Shown here one piece after another: positions 1 through 7,963 of a DNA stretch of 32,109 nucleotides. The DNA lies in the NCBI GenBank assembly GCA_964534775.1, contig CAZHPE010000001.1, positions 33,009 through 65,117 of the forward strand, given 5' to 3'. A program made the translations under genes and the position numbers. Every line of letters begins with the position of its first letter. Position 1 is the stretch's first letter. This stretch comes from an uncultured candidatus Brocadiaceae bacterium (lineage in GTDB: Bacteria; Planctomycetota; Brocadiia; SM23-32). The notes beneath the pieces were generated by a model. The model made no database searches, had not been told where the DNA came from, and saw only the letters and a list, made by a program, of their open reading frames with translations.

Positions 1-1085
1 ATCTCGGCCGACACACCCCGGGCCCGCAGCGTCTGCACGAGCTCAAAGCACCGCCGAAGCCCCTCGCGCTCGAAGCATACCACGAATACGCTCGGGCGCA
101 GCGATGAGTCGTCGCCGGTGCCTAGATCGGCCTCCATGGCCAGCATGGTTGCCTCCACGCCCATCGCGAATCCCACGCACGGCGTGGCGGGCCCGCCGAG
201 CTGCTCCACCAGCGCGTCGTATCGCCCGCCGCCGCAGATGGTATCGCGCGCGCCGAGCGCGGCGTGCTTGATCTCGTAGACCGTGCGCGTGTAATAGTCC
301 AGCCCGCGGACCAGGTACGCGTCCTCCTCGTAGGCCACGCCCATCTCGTCGAGAGCCTGCCGAAGCTGCGCGTGGTGGTCCCGGCAGACGCCGCACAGAA
401 ACTCGCCCATCAGGGGCACTTCTGCCGCCACCTGCTTGCAGGGCGCTTCCTTGCAGTCCAGAACGCGCAGCACGTTGCGGTCCACGCGCCTCCGGCAGTC
501 CTCGCACAGCTCCTCGCGCTGCGCACCCAACCGGCCCCTCAGAGCGCCGCGATAGGCGGGCCGGCACTCGGCGCAGCCGATGGAGTTCACCAGCACCCGG
601 AGGTTCTTTAGCCCCACGTCTTCGAATATATCGCGCGCGAGCATCAGCGTCTCGGCGTCCAGCAGAGGGCTTGCGCTGCCGATGGCCTCGACGCCGATCT
701 GGTGGAACTGGCGCAGGCGGCCCTTCTGCGGCCGCTCCCTGCGGAACATTGGGCCGGCGTACCAGAACTTCTGATACGGCTCCCGCTTGTGCAGGTTGTT
801 TTCCTGGTAGGCGCGCACGACCGACGGGGTGCCTTCGGGGCGCAGGGTGACGCTCTCGCCCTCGCCGGCGTCCATGGTGTACATTTGCTTTTCCACGATG
901 TCCGTCGTCTCGCCCGTGCCCTTGACGAACAGGCACGTGGGCTCGATGATCGGCGTGCGCACCTCGCCGTAGCCGAACAGCTCGAACGCGCCGCGCGCCG
1001 CCTCATGCAGCGCGCGCCAATGCGCCCACCCGCCCGGCATCAGGTCCTCGGTTCCCGGAAGCGACTTGATCCGCCCGTTGCTCAT
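1..1085 (-). CDS. hisS: Histidine--tRNA ligase, 5' part (runs off the window start)
   Basis: Translated by hand; it is absent from the ORF track because no stop falls in the window. Reads MSNGRIKSLPGTEDL...FGYGEVRTPIIE...DIVEKQMY...LRPEGT...GPMFRRERPQKGRLRQFHQIGVE...LVRGLDYYTRTVYE...GGGRYD, the class II HisRS motifs. Alternative in-frame ATG at 1094. Confidence 0.97.
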   Translation of the reverse strand, partial: MSNGRIKSLPGTEDLMPGGWAHWRALHEAARGAFELFGYGEVRTPIIEPTCLFVKGTGETTDIVEKQMYTMDAGEGESVTLRPEGTPSVVRAYQENNLHKREPYQKFWYAGPMFRRERPQKGRLRQFHQIGVEAIGSASPLLDAETLMLARDIFEDVGLKNLRVLVNSIGCAECRPAYRGALRGRLGAQREELCEDCRRRVDRNVLRVLDCKEAPCKQVAAEVPLMGEFLCGVCRDHHAQLRQALDEMGVAYEEDAYLVRGLDYYTRTVYEIKHAALGARDTICGGGRYDALVEQLGGPATPCVGFAMGVEATMLAMEADLGTGDDSSLRPSVFVVCFEREGLRRCFELVQTLRARGVSAE

Positions 1086-1139
1086 AATGTCCATGGGGGT
1101 TGAAGCTGAGCGGCGCGTACCCCTATCGCCACGCCGACG

Positions 1140-1168
1140 ATTCTATCAGAATAGTTGCATCATTCCAA
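1140..1168 (-). promoter_or_regulatory. Putative sigma70 promoter for hisS
   Basis: Minus strand TTGGAA-N17-TAGAAT with extended -10 TGn, about 55 bp upstream of the hisS ATG. Confidence 0.55.
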
Positions 1169-1193
1169 GCGCGCCGCGCGGCCACGGGGCCGG

Positions 1194-2538
1194 CTACTTG
1201 AACTGCGGCAGGTGGCCCGAGGAGGCCGCCAGGAGCTCGCCGACCATCGTCTCGGTCTTCTCGGGTGGGATGGCCATCTCGTCCAGCAGCATCGCCTGCA
1301 CGGCCAAGTTCGGGTCGCCCTTGACGGCGGCCTCGACCACCATTTCCTGCCAGGCAATCCTCTTCTGCAAGAGCCCGGCGAGTGCCAGGGGGGCTTCGCC
1401 CGCATACAGCCCGCGCACCCCGACGCTGTCGGTGACGCCTTCGACCTCGAGCACGGCGTAGTCCGGCCGGTTCGGCACGCAGCCGCGGTTGGGGATGTTG
1501 ACGATGTGCGCCTTCCGCCGACCCAGCGCGATGGCCTCGACCAGCGAGCCCAGCCCCTCGCCGGTGACGGCGTCGCTCGGCTCCCCGGGCAGCTCTGCCC
1601 CCGCCAGCAGCTCCTGGAGCGCCTTGAACTGGGCGGCCCGATCCGGCGGCGCGGCCACTTCGCCCGCCTCGGGCTTGAACATGGAGTGGCCGACCTTGCC
1701 CAGGCCGTAGGGGATGTTCTTCGGGCCGCCGACCTGTGCTAGAAACGGGTAGAACTCGACGACGTGCGTGTCTTCGGGGAAGATGAGTTGGAAGCCGTAG
1801 ACGCGCGAGAGCTTCGATGCCATCTCCGAGCCGGGCTTCGGCGTGCGCTTGGCCGTGCGCCTGATCAGCTCCGGGTAGACGTCTCGCCCCCGGCAGCGCA
1901 GCCGCGTGAACCAGTAGTAATGGTTCGTGCCGATCCATACGGCGTCCAGCTCGTGCGGGTCCGCCTCCAGGGCGTCCGCCGCGTGCCGGAGCCCAATCTG
2001 CACGCCGTGGCAGATGCCGATGACGTTTGGCAGGCCCGTATACTTGAGCATCGCGCGGCAGAGCACGGCCATCGGGTTCGAGTGATTCAGCAGCACCACG
2101 TCGGGGCAGCGCTTCTCCATCTCGCGGCAGATCTCCGGGTAGATCGGCACGCTGCGCAGGCCCATCATCATGCCAGCTGGCCCCCCGGTGTCGCCGATGA
2201 TCTGGCAGATGCCATACCGGGATCAGGATGTCGGCCGCGTGGGCCGGGCTTCCGTAGGCGCTCCCCGCGCCCGCACCCGAGCTGCCGATGGCGGAGATGG
2301 CGAAGTCCGCCCCGTCCACGGCCTCCGCCAGGTCGCCGCACGCCCGCACCCTCATCCCCGAGCCGGCCCCATCGGCCATGCGGCGGTCGTGCGACGCCAT
2401 GATCCCGGCCTTCTCGTGGTCGATGTCATAGAGGACGATCTCGCTCCCGCTCAGCCCCTCGGCCACGACCAGGTCTGGCCGCGCCCTCGCGAAGTAGGCG
2501 CTGCCGCCGCCTAGGCAGACGATCTTCTTGCATGCCAT
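1194..2538 (-). pseudogene. GH4 NAD+-dependent glycosidase (MelA/alpha-galactosidase-like), split by a frameshift near 2217
   Basis: N-terminus MACKKIVCLGGGS...LYDID...ADFAISAI...DILIP (ATG 2538, GGAGGAG RBS) is in one frame. YGICQIIGDTGGPAGMMMGLR...NHSNPM...GICHG...GTNHYYW...VNIPNRG...VLEV is in another. Together they form one complete GH4. Confidence 0.88.
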
Positions 2539-2637
2539 GTCCTCGCGCTCCTCCGGCACGATGAATGGGACGGACCCGCTCCGGGTCGGCCACTCGGCAC
2601 AGGGCAACATCATGGCCCCGCGCGCGGGCCGCGTCAC

Positions 2638-2666
2638 TTGACGCATTCTGCGCCGCCCGGTAGGCT
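2638..2666 (+). promoter_or_regulatory. Putative sigma70 promoter for the DUF362 gene
   Basis: TTGACG-N17-TAGGCT, 46 bp upstream of ATG 2713. Confidence 0.6.
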
Positions 2667-2712
2667 CTATCGCTTGCATTTCGAGAGAACAGGGGACGTC
2701 TGGAGGCTGGGC

Positions 2713-3798
2713 ATGAACGAGTTGCTGTTTGCCGATGCACGGGTGCGCGAGCTTTCGTCCGACCACACGCTGCCGGCCAAGTTCCACCGGCTCTTGAAGC
2801 GGCTGGACCTGGAGTCGACGGTCAAGGATCGCTCGGTGGCGATCAAGATGCACCTTGGGGGGCACCTGGGCTATACGACCATCCGCCCGCTGTTCGTGCG
2901 CATGCTGGTGGAGGAGTGCAAGCAGGCGGGGGCGAGGAGCGTGGCGGTGATGGACGGCGACGTCGCAGGGGCGCCGGGGCGGGGCTATACGCCGGAGGTA
3001 GTCGGGGCGCCGATCGTCTCGTGCTTCGGCTGGACGGGCGACTACCTGTACAAGCGGAAGATCGGCTTCGGCGAGTTGAAAGAGGCCATATACGGCGGCA
3101 ACGTCTGGGATGCGGAGGTGTTCATCGACCTGTCCCATGTGAAGGGCCACGGCAACTGCGGCTTCGGCGGCGCCACCAAGAACATCGGCATGGGCTGCGT
3201 CATTGGGAAGACGCGCGGCGCCGTCCATCACCTCGCCGGCGGCATCGTCTGGGACGGGGAGAAGTGCATCCACTGCGGCAAGTGCATCGAGGAGTGCCCG
3301 AACAATGTCAACTCCTTCGACGAAGAGGGCAGCTATAACGTGAGCTGGCACAATTGCACGTTCTGCCAGCATTGCGTCATGATCTGCCCCACAGAGGCGC
3401 TCACGCCCGATGCGGATCGGTTCGATGCTATGCAGGAGGGCCTGGCACACGTCGCGGCGGTGTTCCTGAAGCACTTCAAGCCCGACAGGCTCCTGTTCAT
3501 CAACATCCTCACCGACATCACGATCTACTGCGACTGTTGGGGCATGAGCACCCCGCCGCTGGTGCCCGACATCGGCATCCTGGCCGGGCGCAACATCGTC
3601 GCGGTGGACAAGGCGAGTCTGGACAAGATCAAGTCGTCAAAGCTCATGCCCGAGGGCCTGCCCATCGGTGGTAAGCCCATGCGCAAGAAGGGACACCTCT
3701 TCCAGCGCCTGCACGGCAAGGACCCTTACGTCCAGGTGCGCAAGCTCGAGGAGCTGGGCTTCGGCCCCGCCGACTATAAGATCGTCGAGGTGCGCTGA
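2713..3798 (+). CDS. DUF362 domain protein with a 2x[4Fe-4S] ferredoxin domain
   Basis: AIKMHLG, SHVKGH...GFGGATKNIGMGC, CIHCGKCIEECP and CTFCQHCVMICP, CDC...PDIGILA...VAVDKAS; GGAGG RBS before ATG 2713. Confidence 0.88.
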   Translation: MNELLFADARVRELSSDHTLPAKFHRLLKRLDLESTVKDRSVAIKMHLGGHLGYTTIRPLFVRMLVEECKQAGARSVAVMDGDVAGAPGRGYTPEVVGAPIVSCFGWTGDYLYKRKIGFGELKEAIYGGNVWDAEVFIDLSHVKGHGNCGFGGATKNIGMGCVIGKTRGAVHHLAGGIVWDGEKCIHCGKCIEECPNNVNSFDEEGSYNVSWHNCTFCQHCVMICPTEALTPDADRFDAMQEGLAHVAAVFLKHFKPDRLLFINILTDITIYCDCWGMSTPPLVPDIGILAGRNIVAVDKASLDKIKSSKLMPEGLPIGGKPMRKKGHLFQRLHGKDPYVQVRKLEELGFGPADYKIVEVR

Positions 3799-3800
3799 GC

Positions 3801-4583
3801 TTACCGCTTCCGGGCCAACCGGTCCCGCACGGACGCCGTCACCCGGTCCATCGATTCAACCAGGTACTCGACGTCTCCGCCGAGCTGCAGCCATTGGATG
3901 CCGCGCTCGATCATGACGCAGGCGAAGTCTAGGCTGATGCCCATGCCCGCCCCTATGATCAACCCGGCGGCGCGGGTCTTGTCGATGATCGTCTGCATGG
4001 CCGCGACCACCTCGGGGTGGTCCAGGTCCCCGAGCCGGCCCATGGAGCCGGAAAGATCGTTGGGCCCGATCACGACGGAGTCCAGCCCTTCAATGGCCAG
4101 AATCTCGTCGAGCGCCGCCAGTCCCTCCATGTTCTCGACCTGCACCGCCACGAAGACGTTCTCGTTCGCGCGCTCGATGTATTCCGCGCCGCCGTCGCGC
4201 CCGTAGTTCGAGGGCACCCGCGGACCGTAGCCTCGCGTTCCCACCGGTGGATAGTGGCAGTCGCTGACGATCTGGCGAACCTCCTCCGCGCTTCGCACCT
4301 GCGGCACGATGATACCCTCGGCCCCCGCATCCAGCGCCGGCTTGATGAAAGGGGTCTCGCTGCTCGTCACGCGGACAAGCGCCGGCACGGCCCTGGCGCG
4401 CGCCGCCAGCAGGTGGCACTGGAGCACCCCCGGGCTCATCGGGCTGTGCTCCATGTCAATCCACAGGAAGTCGGCTGAATCGCCCAGGGCGTCGCTGACC
4501 AGCGGGTCGGCGAGCGTAATGCTCGCGCCCAGGCAAATATCTCCTGCGTTCAGGCGCTCTCGGAACTTTGCGATTACTTCCAT
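3801..4583 (-). CDS. HpcH/HpaI family pyruvate-dependent aldolase
   Basis: DFLWIDMEHSP, LVRV, LDAGAEGIIVPQV, YPPVGTRG, QVE, IGPNDLS. The start is placed at MEVIAKFRERL (4583); the ORF-track extension to 5150 is antisense to arfB. Confidence 0.92.
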   Translation of the reverse strand: MEVIAKFRERLNAGDICLGASITLADPLVSDALGDSADFLWIDMEHSPMSPGVLQCHLLAARARAVPALVRVTSSETPFIKPALDAGAEGIIVPQVRSAEEVRQIVSDCHYPPVGTRGYGPRVPSNYGRDGGAEYIERANENVFVAVQVENMEGLAALDEILAIEGLDSVVIGPNDLSGSMGRLGDLDHPEVVAAMQTIIDKTRAAGLIIGAGMGISLDFACVMIERGIQWLQLGGDVEYLVESMDRVTASVRDRLARKR

Positions 4584-4680
4584 CGAACGATCCACCCTCC
4601 ATTGCTTGTGCAAGCAGGTCGCGCCAGCCTGCGCCGGCGGTTTCCCTGTCGCGGTGGCTTGAATGATACGATCAACCACA

Positions 4681-4709
4681 ATCGTAGGGAGCCCGTGGGG
4701 CTTTGTCAA
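4681..4709 (-). promoter_or_regulatory. Putative sigma70 promoter for the HpcH aldolase
   Basis: Minus strand TTGACA-N17-TACGAT. Confidence 0.7.
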
Positions 4710-4726
4710 ACTTGCGGGGGCCGCGA

Positions 4727-4755
4727 TTGAGCGCGCGATGCGAGGAGGGTAAGCT
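4727..4755 (+). promoter_or_regulatory. Putative sigma70 promoter for arfB (possibly giving a leaderless mRNA)
   Basis: TTGAGC-N17-TAAGCT; the ATG at 4762 lies 7 nt after the -10 hexamer. Confidence 0.5.
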
Positions 4756-4761
4756 ATGGGT

Positions 4762-5187
4762 ATGATCCGCATCACGGCGGCCATCGCGATCGACGAGTCG
4801 GAAATCCGGGAGGAGTTCGTCCGCGCTTCGGGCCCCGGCGGGCAGAATGTAAACAAGGTCGCGACGGCCGTGCAGCTTCGCTTCGACGTGGCGAACTCCC
4901 CCTCGCTGCCGGACGAGGTTCGCAGGCGTCTCGTCCTTCTGGCCGGCAGGCGGGTCACGCAGGAGGGCGTGCTGATTGTCGATGCCCGGCGGTTCCGGGC
5001 GCAGGAGCGGAACCGCCAGGACGCGCAGGATCGGCTGATCGACCTGATCCGCCGGGCGGCCCGGAAACCTATCCCGCGCCGCAGGACGAGGCCGACGCGC
5101 GCCTCGAAAGAGCGCCGGCTCGAGGCCAAGCGCCGCCGGAGCGAGGCCAAGCAACGGAGGCGGCCCGCGCCGCCCTCTGAAGAATAG
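4762..5187 (+). CDS. arfB: Alternative ribosome rescue peptidyl-tRNA hydrolase ArfB (YaeJ)
   Basis: RASGPGGQNVNKVATAVQLRF (GGQ motif), AQERNR, and a basic C-tail RRRTRPTRASKERRLEAKRRRSEAK. Alternative start at 4756. Confidence 0.95.
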   Translation: MIRITAAIAIDESEIREEFVRASGPGGQNVNKVATAVQLRFDVANSPSLPDEVRRRLVLLAGRRVTQEGVLIVDARRFRAQERNRQDAQDRLIDLIRRAARKPIPRRRTRPTRASKERRLEAKRRRSEAKQRRRPAPPSEE

Positions 5188-5278
5188 CCTCGCGCGCGGG
5201 TTCGCCCAAACTCCAGGCTGGCGGGCGGGACAGACCGGGGGTGGAATAGGAGCGCGGCCGGGGGGTGGTCCGTGGGCC

Positions 5279-5515
5279 GTGAGCCGTGGCGAGGGCGCCG
5301 GATCAGATCGCAAGCGTGCCGTGATGGGGAATTTCAACAAGGACGGCATGAACCACAAGGGCGGTTCCGAGATCCTCTTTGCCGACAGCCATGTCAAGCG
5401 GGTTGAGATGGACGAGGCAGGCCGCCACCCGAACCCGCATTTGCCCGACATCGACCCGGACATCTATGCCATCGACACGGAGCCGCGCCACCCGGACGAT
5501 GCGGACCTGGACTGA
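5279..5515 (+). pseudogene. Orphan C-terminal H-X9-DG-type fragment of a prepilin-associated (DUF1559-like) protein
   Basis: NHKGGSEILFADSHV is H-X9-D(S)H. No prepilin N-terminus lies in frame upstream. Possible start at ATG 5324. Confidence 0.55.
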
Positions 5516-5520
5516 GGGGC

Positions 5521-5555
5521 ATTTGCGATTTTGGATTTGCGAATTTCAATTTGGG
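5521..5555. repeat. Five degenerate tandem heptamers
   Basis: ATTTGCG ATTTTGG ATTTGCG AATTTCA ATTTGGG, AT-rich in a GC-rich background, between convergent ORFs. Confidence 0.75.
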
Positions 5556-5604
5556 AAGGCGCCAAGGCCACGGAGCTACATGTCGCGCGAAGCGGGTTGA
5601 CGGA

Positions 5605-6330
5605 CTATGCGCCCTCCGCTTCGCTCAAGATTTGGCGGAAGCGTGAGTTGATGGCCCGGACGTAAATCGCACGGCGCACGAGTTCGCGCGAGACGGCCAC
5701 GGCGGTTTTGTCCTCGACCCTGCCGCCCGTCACGAGCTCCCTGCCCGCCTCCCTGGCCGCCTCGTAGACCCCGCCGACGGCGATGCCATGCTTCTCAAGC
5801 TCCGGGAGCGCCGTCGCACAGGGCCGGAGCAGCGCGCCTGCGAACTCGCGCCCGAAGTTCGCGGCGATGGCCCGCGCGTGGCACAGGAGAGGGTCGAAGT
5901 TGTCGAGCTCGGTGAAGCCGCTGGCGGAGACCAGCACCACCTTCCCCGGCTTGACGCCTTGGCGCACGGGATGCCTGCAATGGCCGTCGCGCACCTCGAA
6001 AAACGGTTCCAGCAATGGAATGCAGCGGTCGATCAGCGTCTTCATCGTGCCGGTCATGCCATCGGCGTAGACCGGCGTGGCGAACACGATCACGTCGGAG
6101 GCCCCGATCTTCGGGCAGAGCGCGGCCATGTCATCCTGCTGCACGCATTCGCCGGGCGTCTTCAGCCAGCAGGCGAAGCACGCCGTGCAGGGATTGATGT
6201 CGAGCTGGCGCAGATAGACCACTTCGACGGCGGCGCCGGCTTCCTGCATTCCCTCGACAAAAGGGTTCAGGATCAGCGCCGTGCCGCCCTCATCCATGTT
6301 CGGGCTGCTGTTGAGTGCGATGACGTTCAT
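5605..6330 (-). CDS. Flavodoxin-fold NADPH-dependent FMN reductase / iron-sulfur flavoprotein (Isf-like)
   Basis: MNVIALNSSPN...GGT, CTACFACWLKTPGEC (CxxCxxC...C), DDM, FATPVY, MKTLIDR. Confidence 0.88.
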   Translation of the reverse strand: MNVIALNSSPNMDEGGTALILNPFVEGMQEAGAAVEVVYLRQLDINPCTACFACWLKTPGECVQQDDMAALCPKIGASDVIVFATPVYADGMTGTMKTLIDRCIPLLEPFFEVRDGHCRHPVRQGVKPGKVVLVSASGFTELDNFDPLLCHARAIAANFGREFAGALLRPCATALPELEKHGIAVGGVYEAAREAGRELVTGGRVEDKTAVAVSRELVRRAIYVRAINSRFRQILSEAEGA

Positions 6331-6463
6331 GGGGCCATCCTCGTATGGGTTCTCCAAGCGGGTTCTTCCAGACCGGCTCGCCGGCCGGCTTGCTTGCGAC
6401 ATCGGCGCGGGGCCAGGAGAGGATCGATCGGACAGGGGGCGGCGGCCAGCGGCGGCTCGACGG

Positions 6464-7921
6464 TCAGAACGGGGCGTAGCTCTCGAGCCGGAAGAAAGAG
6501 GGATCCGGGACATAATCGCCGTACTGCTTGTCCATAACGTACTTCGCCCCGGGGCCGTCGGTGATGATGGAGGTGAGGGCCTCAACCAGGTAATCGATCT
6601 CCTCAGCCGTGTTGTATGCGCCCAGGCTCATCCTGACCATGCCCGGCACCGTCGTGTGGCCCCCCTCGGCCAGGCGCTGCGCGATCTCGCGCATCTCTTC
6701 GGTGGAGATGCCGAGCAGTTCCCGCACGTAGGGCTGGGCGCAGAAGCAGCCGTTGCGCACCCCGATGCCCCACTCGTGCGCCAGCACTGCCGCCAGCTTG
6801 CCGTGGTCCAGGCCGTCCGCGCTCAGCGGTATCACGCCCAGCCGGTCGCATCCGAGGTCGGGGTCCGTGCGACCGAACAGCTCGACGCCCGGTTTCCCCA
6901 CGAGCTTCGACAGGGCCCTGCGTGTAAGGTCGCGCTCGTGCTCGGCGACGTTTTCCATGCCGATGGCATTGAGCGTGTGCATCGCGGCCCCGAGGGCCAG
7001 GGCGCCCGGCACGTTGGGCGTGCCGGCTTCTTCCCGTTCGGGCGGGTCGGCCCAGATCACCTCGTCCATCGTGACGGCGTTGATCGTGCCGCCGCCCACG
7101 ACGTCGGGCTCGCCGCTTTCGAAGACACACCTGGGACCGATAAGCACTCCGGACCCGAAGGGCGCGTACATCTTGTGCGCGCTGAAGGCCACGAAGTCGA
7201 TCCTCTCGGGGTCGTCCGGCGCCCCCATCTTGAACGGGCGGTGACCGACGAGTTGGGAGGCGTCCAGGGCGATCATCGCCCCGTGTTCGTGGGCCAGGCG
7301 GGCGATGCGGCGAATGGGCGGCATCTCACCGGTCACGTTGGAGGCGCCGGTAACGGCCACAAGGCAGAGGTTGCCCGCGTTGGCGCGTATCTTGCTTTCC
7401 ATGTCGGAGAGATCAAGGGCGCCGTCCTCGCCCGTAATGCCGGCGTACTCCACCCGGCAACCGGCCTTGCGCCACGGGAGCATGTTGGAATGGTGCTCCA
7501 GGACGGTGGATATGACCATGTGTCCTTCGGGCCGGCACATTCGCATGGCGAGCTTGTTGAGGGCGTGCGTGGCGTTCTGGAGGAAGATGAGGGTGTGGTG
7601 GGAGAGGTCGGCGCCTACGAATTCCGCCACGACCTCGCGGCAGCGCTCGTAGATGTGCGTGGAGAGCAGGGACTTGAATCCGGCGCCCCGGTGGACGCTG
7701 GAATACCACTCGAAGAAGTGCTGCAGACAGTCCAGGACCAGCTTGAACGGGGGGGTGGTGGCGGCGTTGTCGAGGTTGACATAGGGCACCGTGCGGCCGC
7801 CAATGAGCGGGACTTGGCGATCGAGCCCCACCACATAGTCCCGGATGTTGCGGATGTTGACGTGCGAGGCGCTACGGCCCCACTCGCGGCACAGGTCGGC
7901 GATTTCGTCGTCAAATCCCAT
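6464..7921 (-). CDS. Class V PLP enzyme, cysteine desulfurase-like (SufS-type motif)
   Basis: NLDNAATT, VHRG, EHHSN, DASQ, SAHKMYAPFG (PLP Lys), EAGTPN, RNGCFCAQP. Confidence 0.9.
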   Translation of the reverse strand: MGFDDEIADLCREWGRSASHVNIRNIRDYVVGLDRQVPLIGGRTVPYVNLDNAATTPPFKLVLDCLQHFFEWYSSVHRGAGFKSLLSTHIYERCREVVAEFVGADLSHHTLIFLQNATHALNKLAMRMCRPEGHMVISTVLEHHSNMLPWRKAGCRVEYAGITGEDGALDLSDMESKIRANAGNLCLVAVTGASNVTGEMPPIRRIARLAHEHGAMIALDASQLVGHRPFKMGAPDDPERIDFVAFSAHKMYAPFGSGVLIGPRCVFESGEPDVVGGGTINAVTMDEVIWADPPEREEAGTPNVPGALALGAAMHTLNAIGMENVAEHERDLTRRALSKLVGKPGVELFGRTDPDLGCDRLGVIPLSADGLDHGKLAAVLAHEWGIGVRNGCFCAQPYVRELLGISTEEMREIAQRLAEGGHTTVPGMVRMSLGAYNTAEEIDYLVEALTSIITDGPGAKYVMDKQYGDYVPDPSFFRLESYAPF

Positions 7922-7963
7922 AAGCCCCTGCCATCTGACGCGACTTGCCACACGTTCGATCGC

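Noticed and set aside
43-1103. Several overlapping ORFs over the first kilobase
   Set aside because: Shadow frames of hisS, which occupies a different minus-strand frame running off the window.
1123-3474. 783-aa minus-strand ORF in the track
   Set aside because: It is a chimera. Only about 2218-2538 is real (GH4 N-terminus); the rest is antisense to the DUF362 gene or out-of-frame read-through after the frameshift.
3801-5150. 449-aa version of the HpcH aldolase
   Set aside because: The extension is antisense to arfB and crosses the aldolase's own promoter; family similarity starts at 4583.
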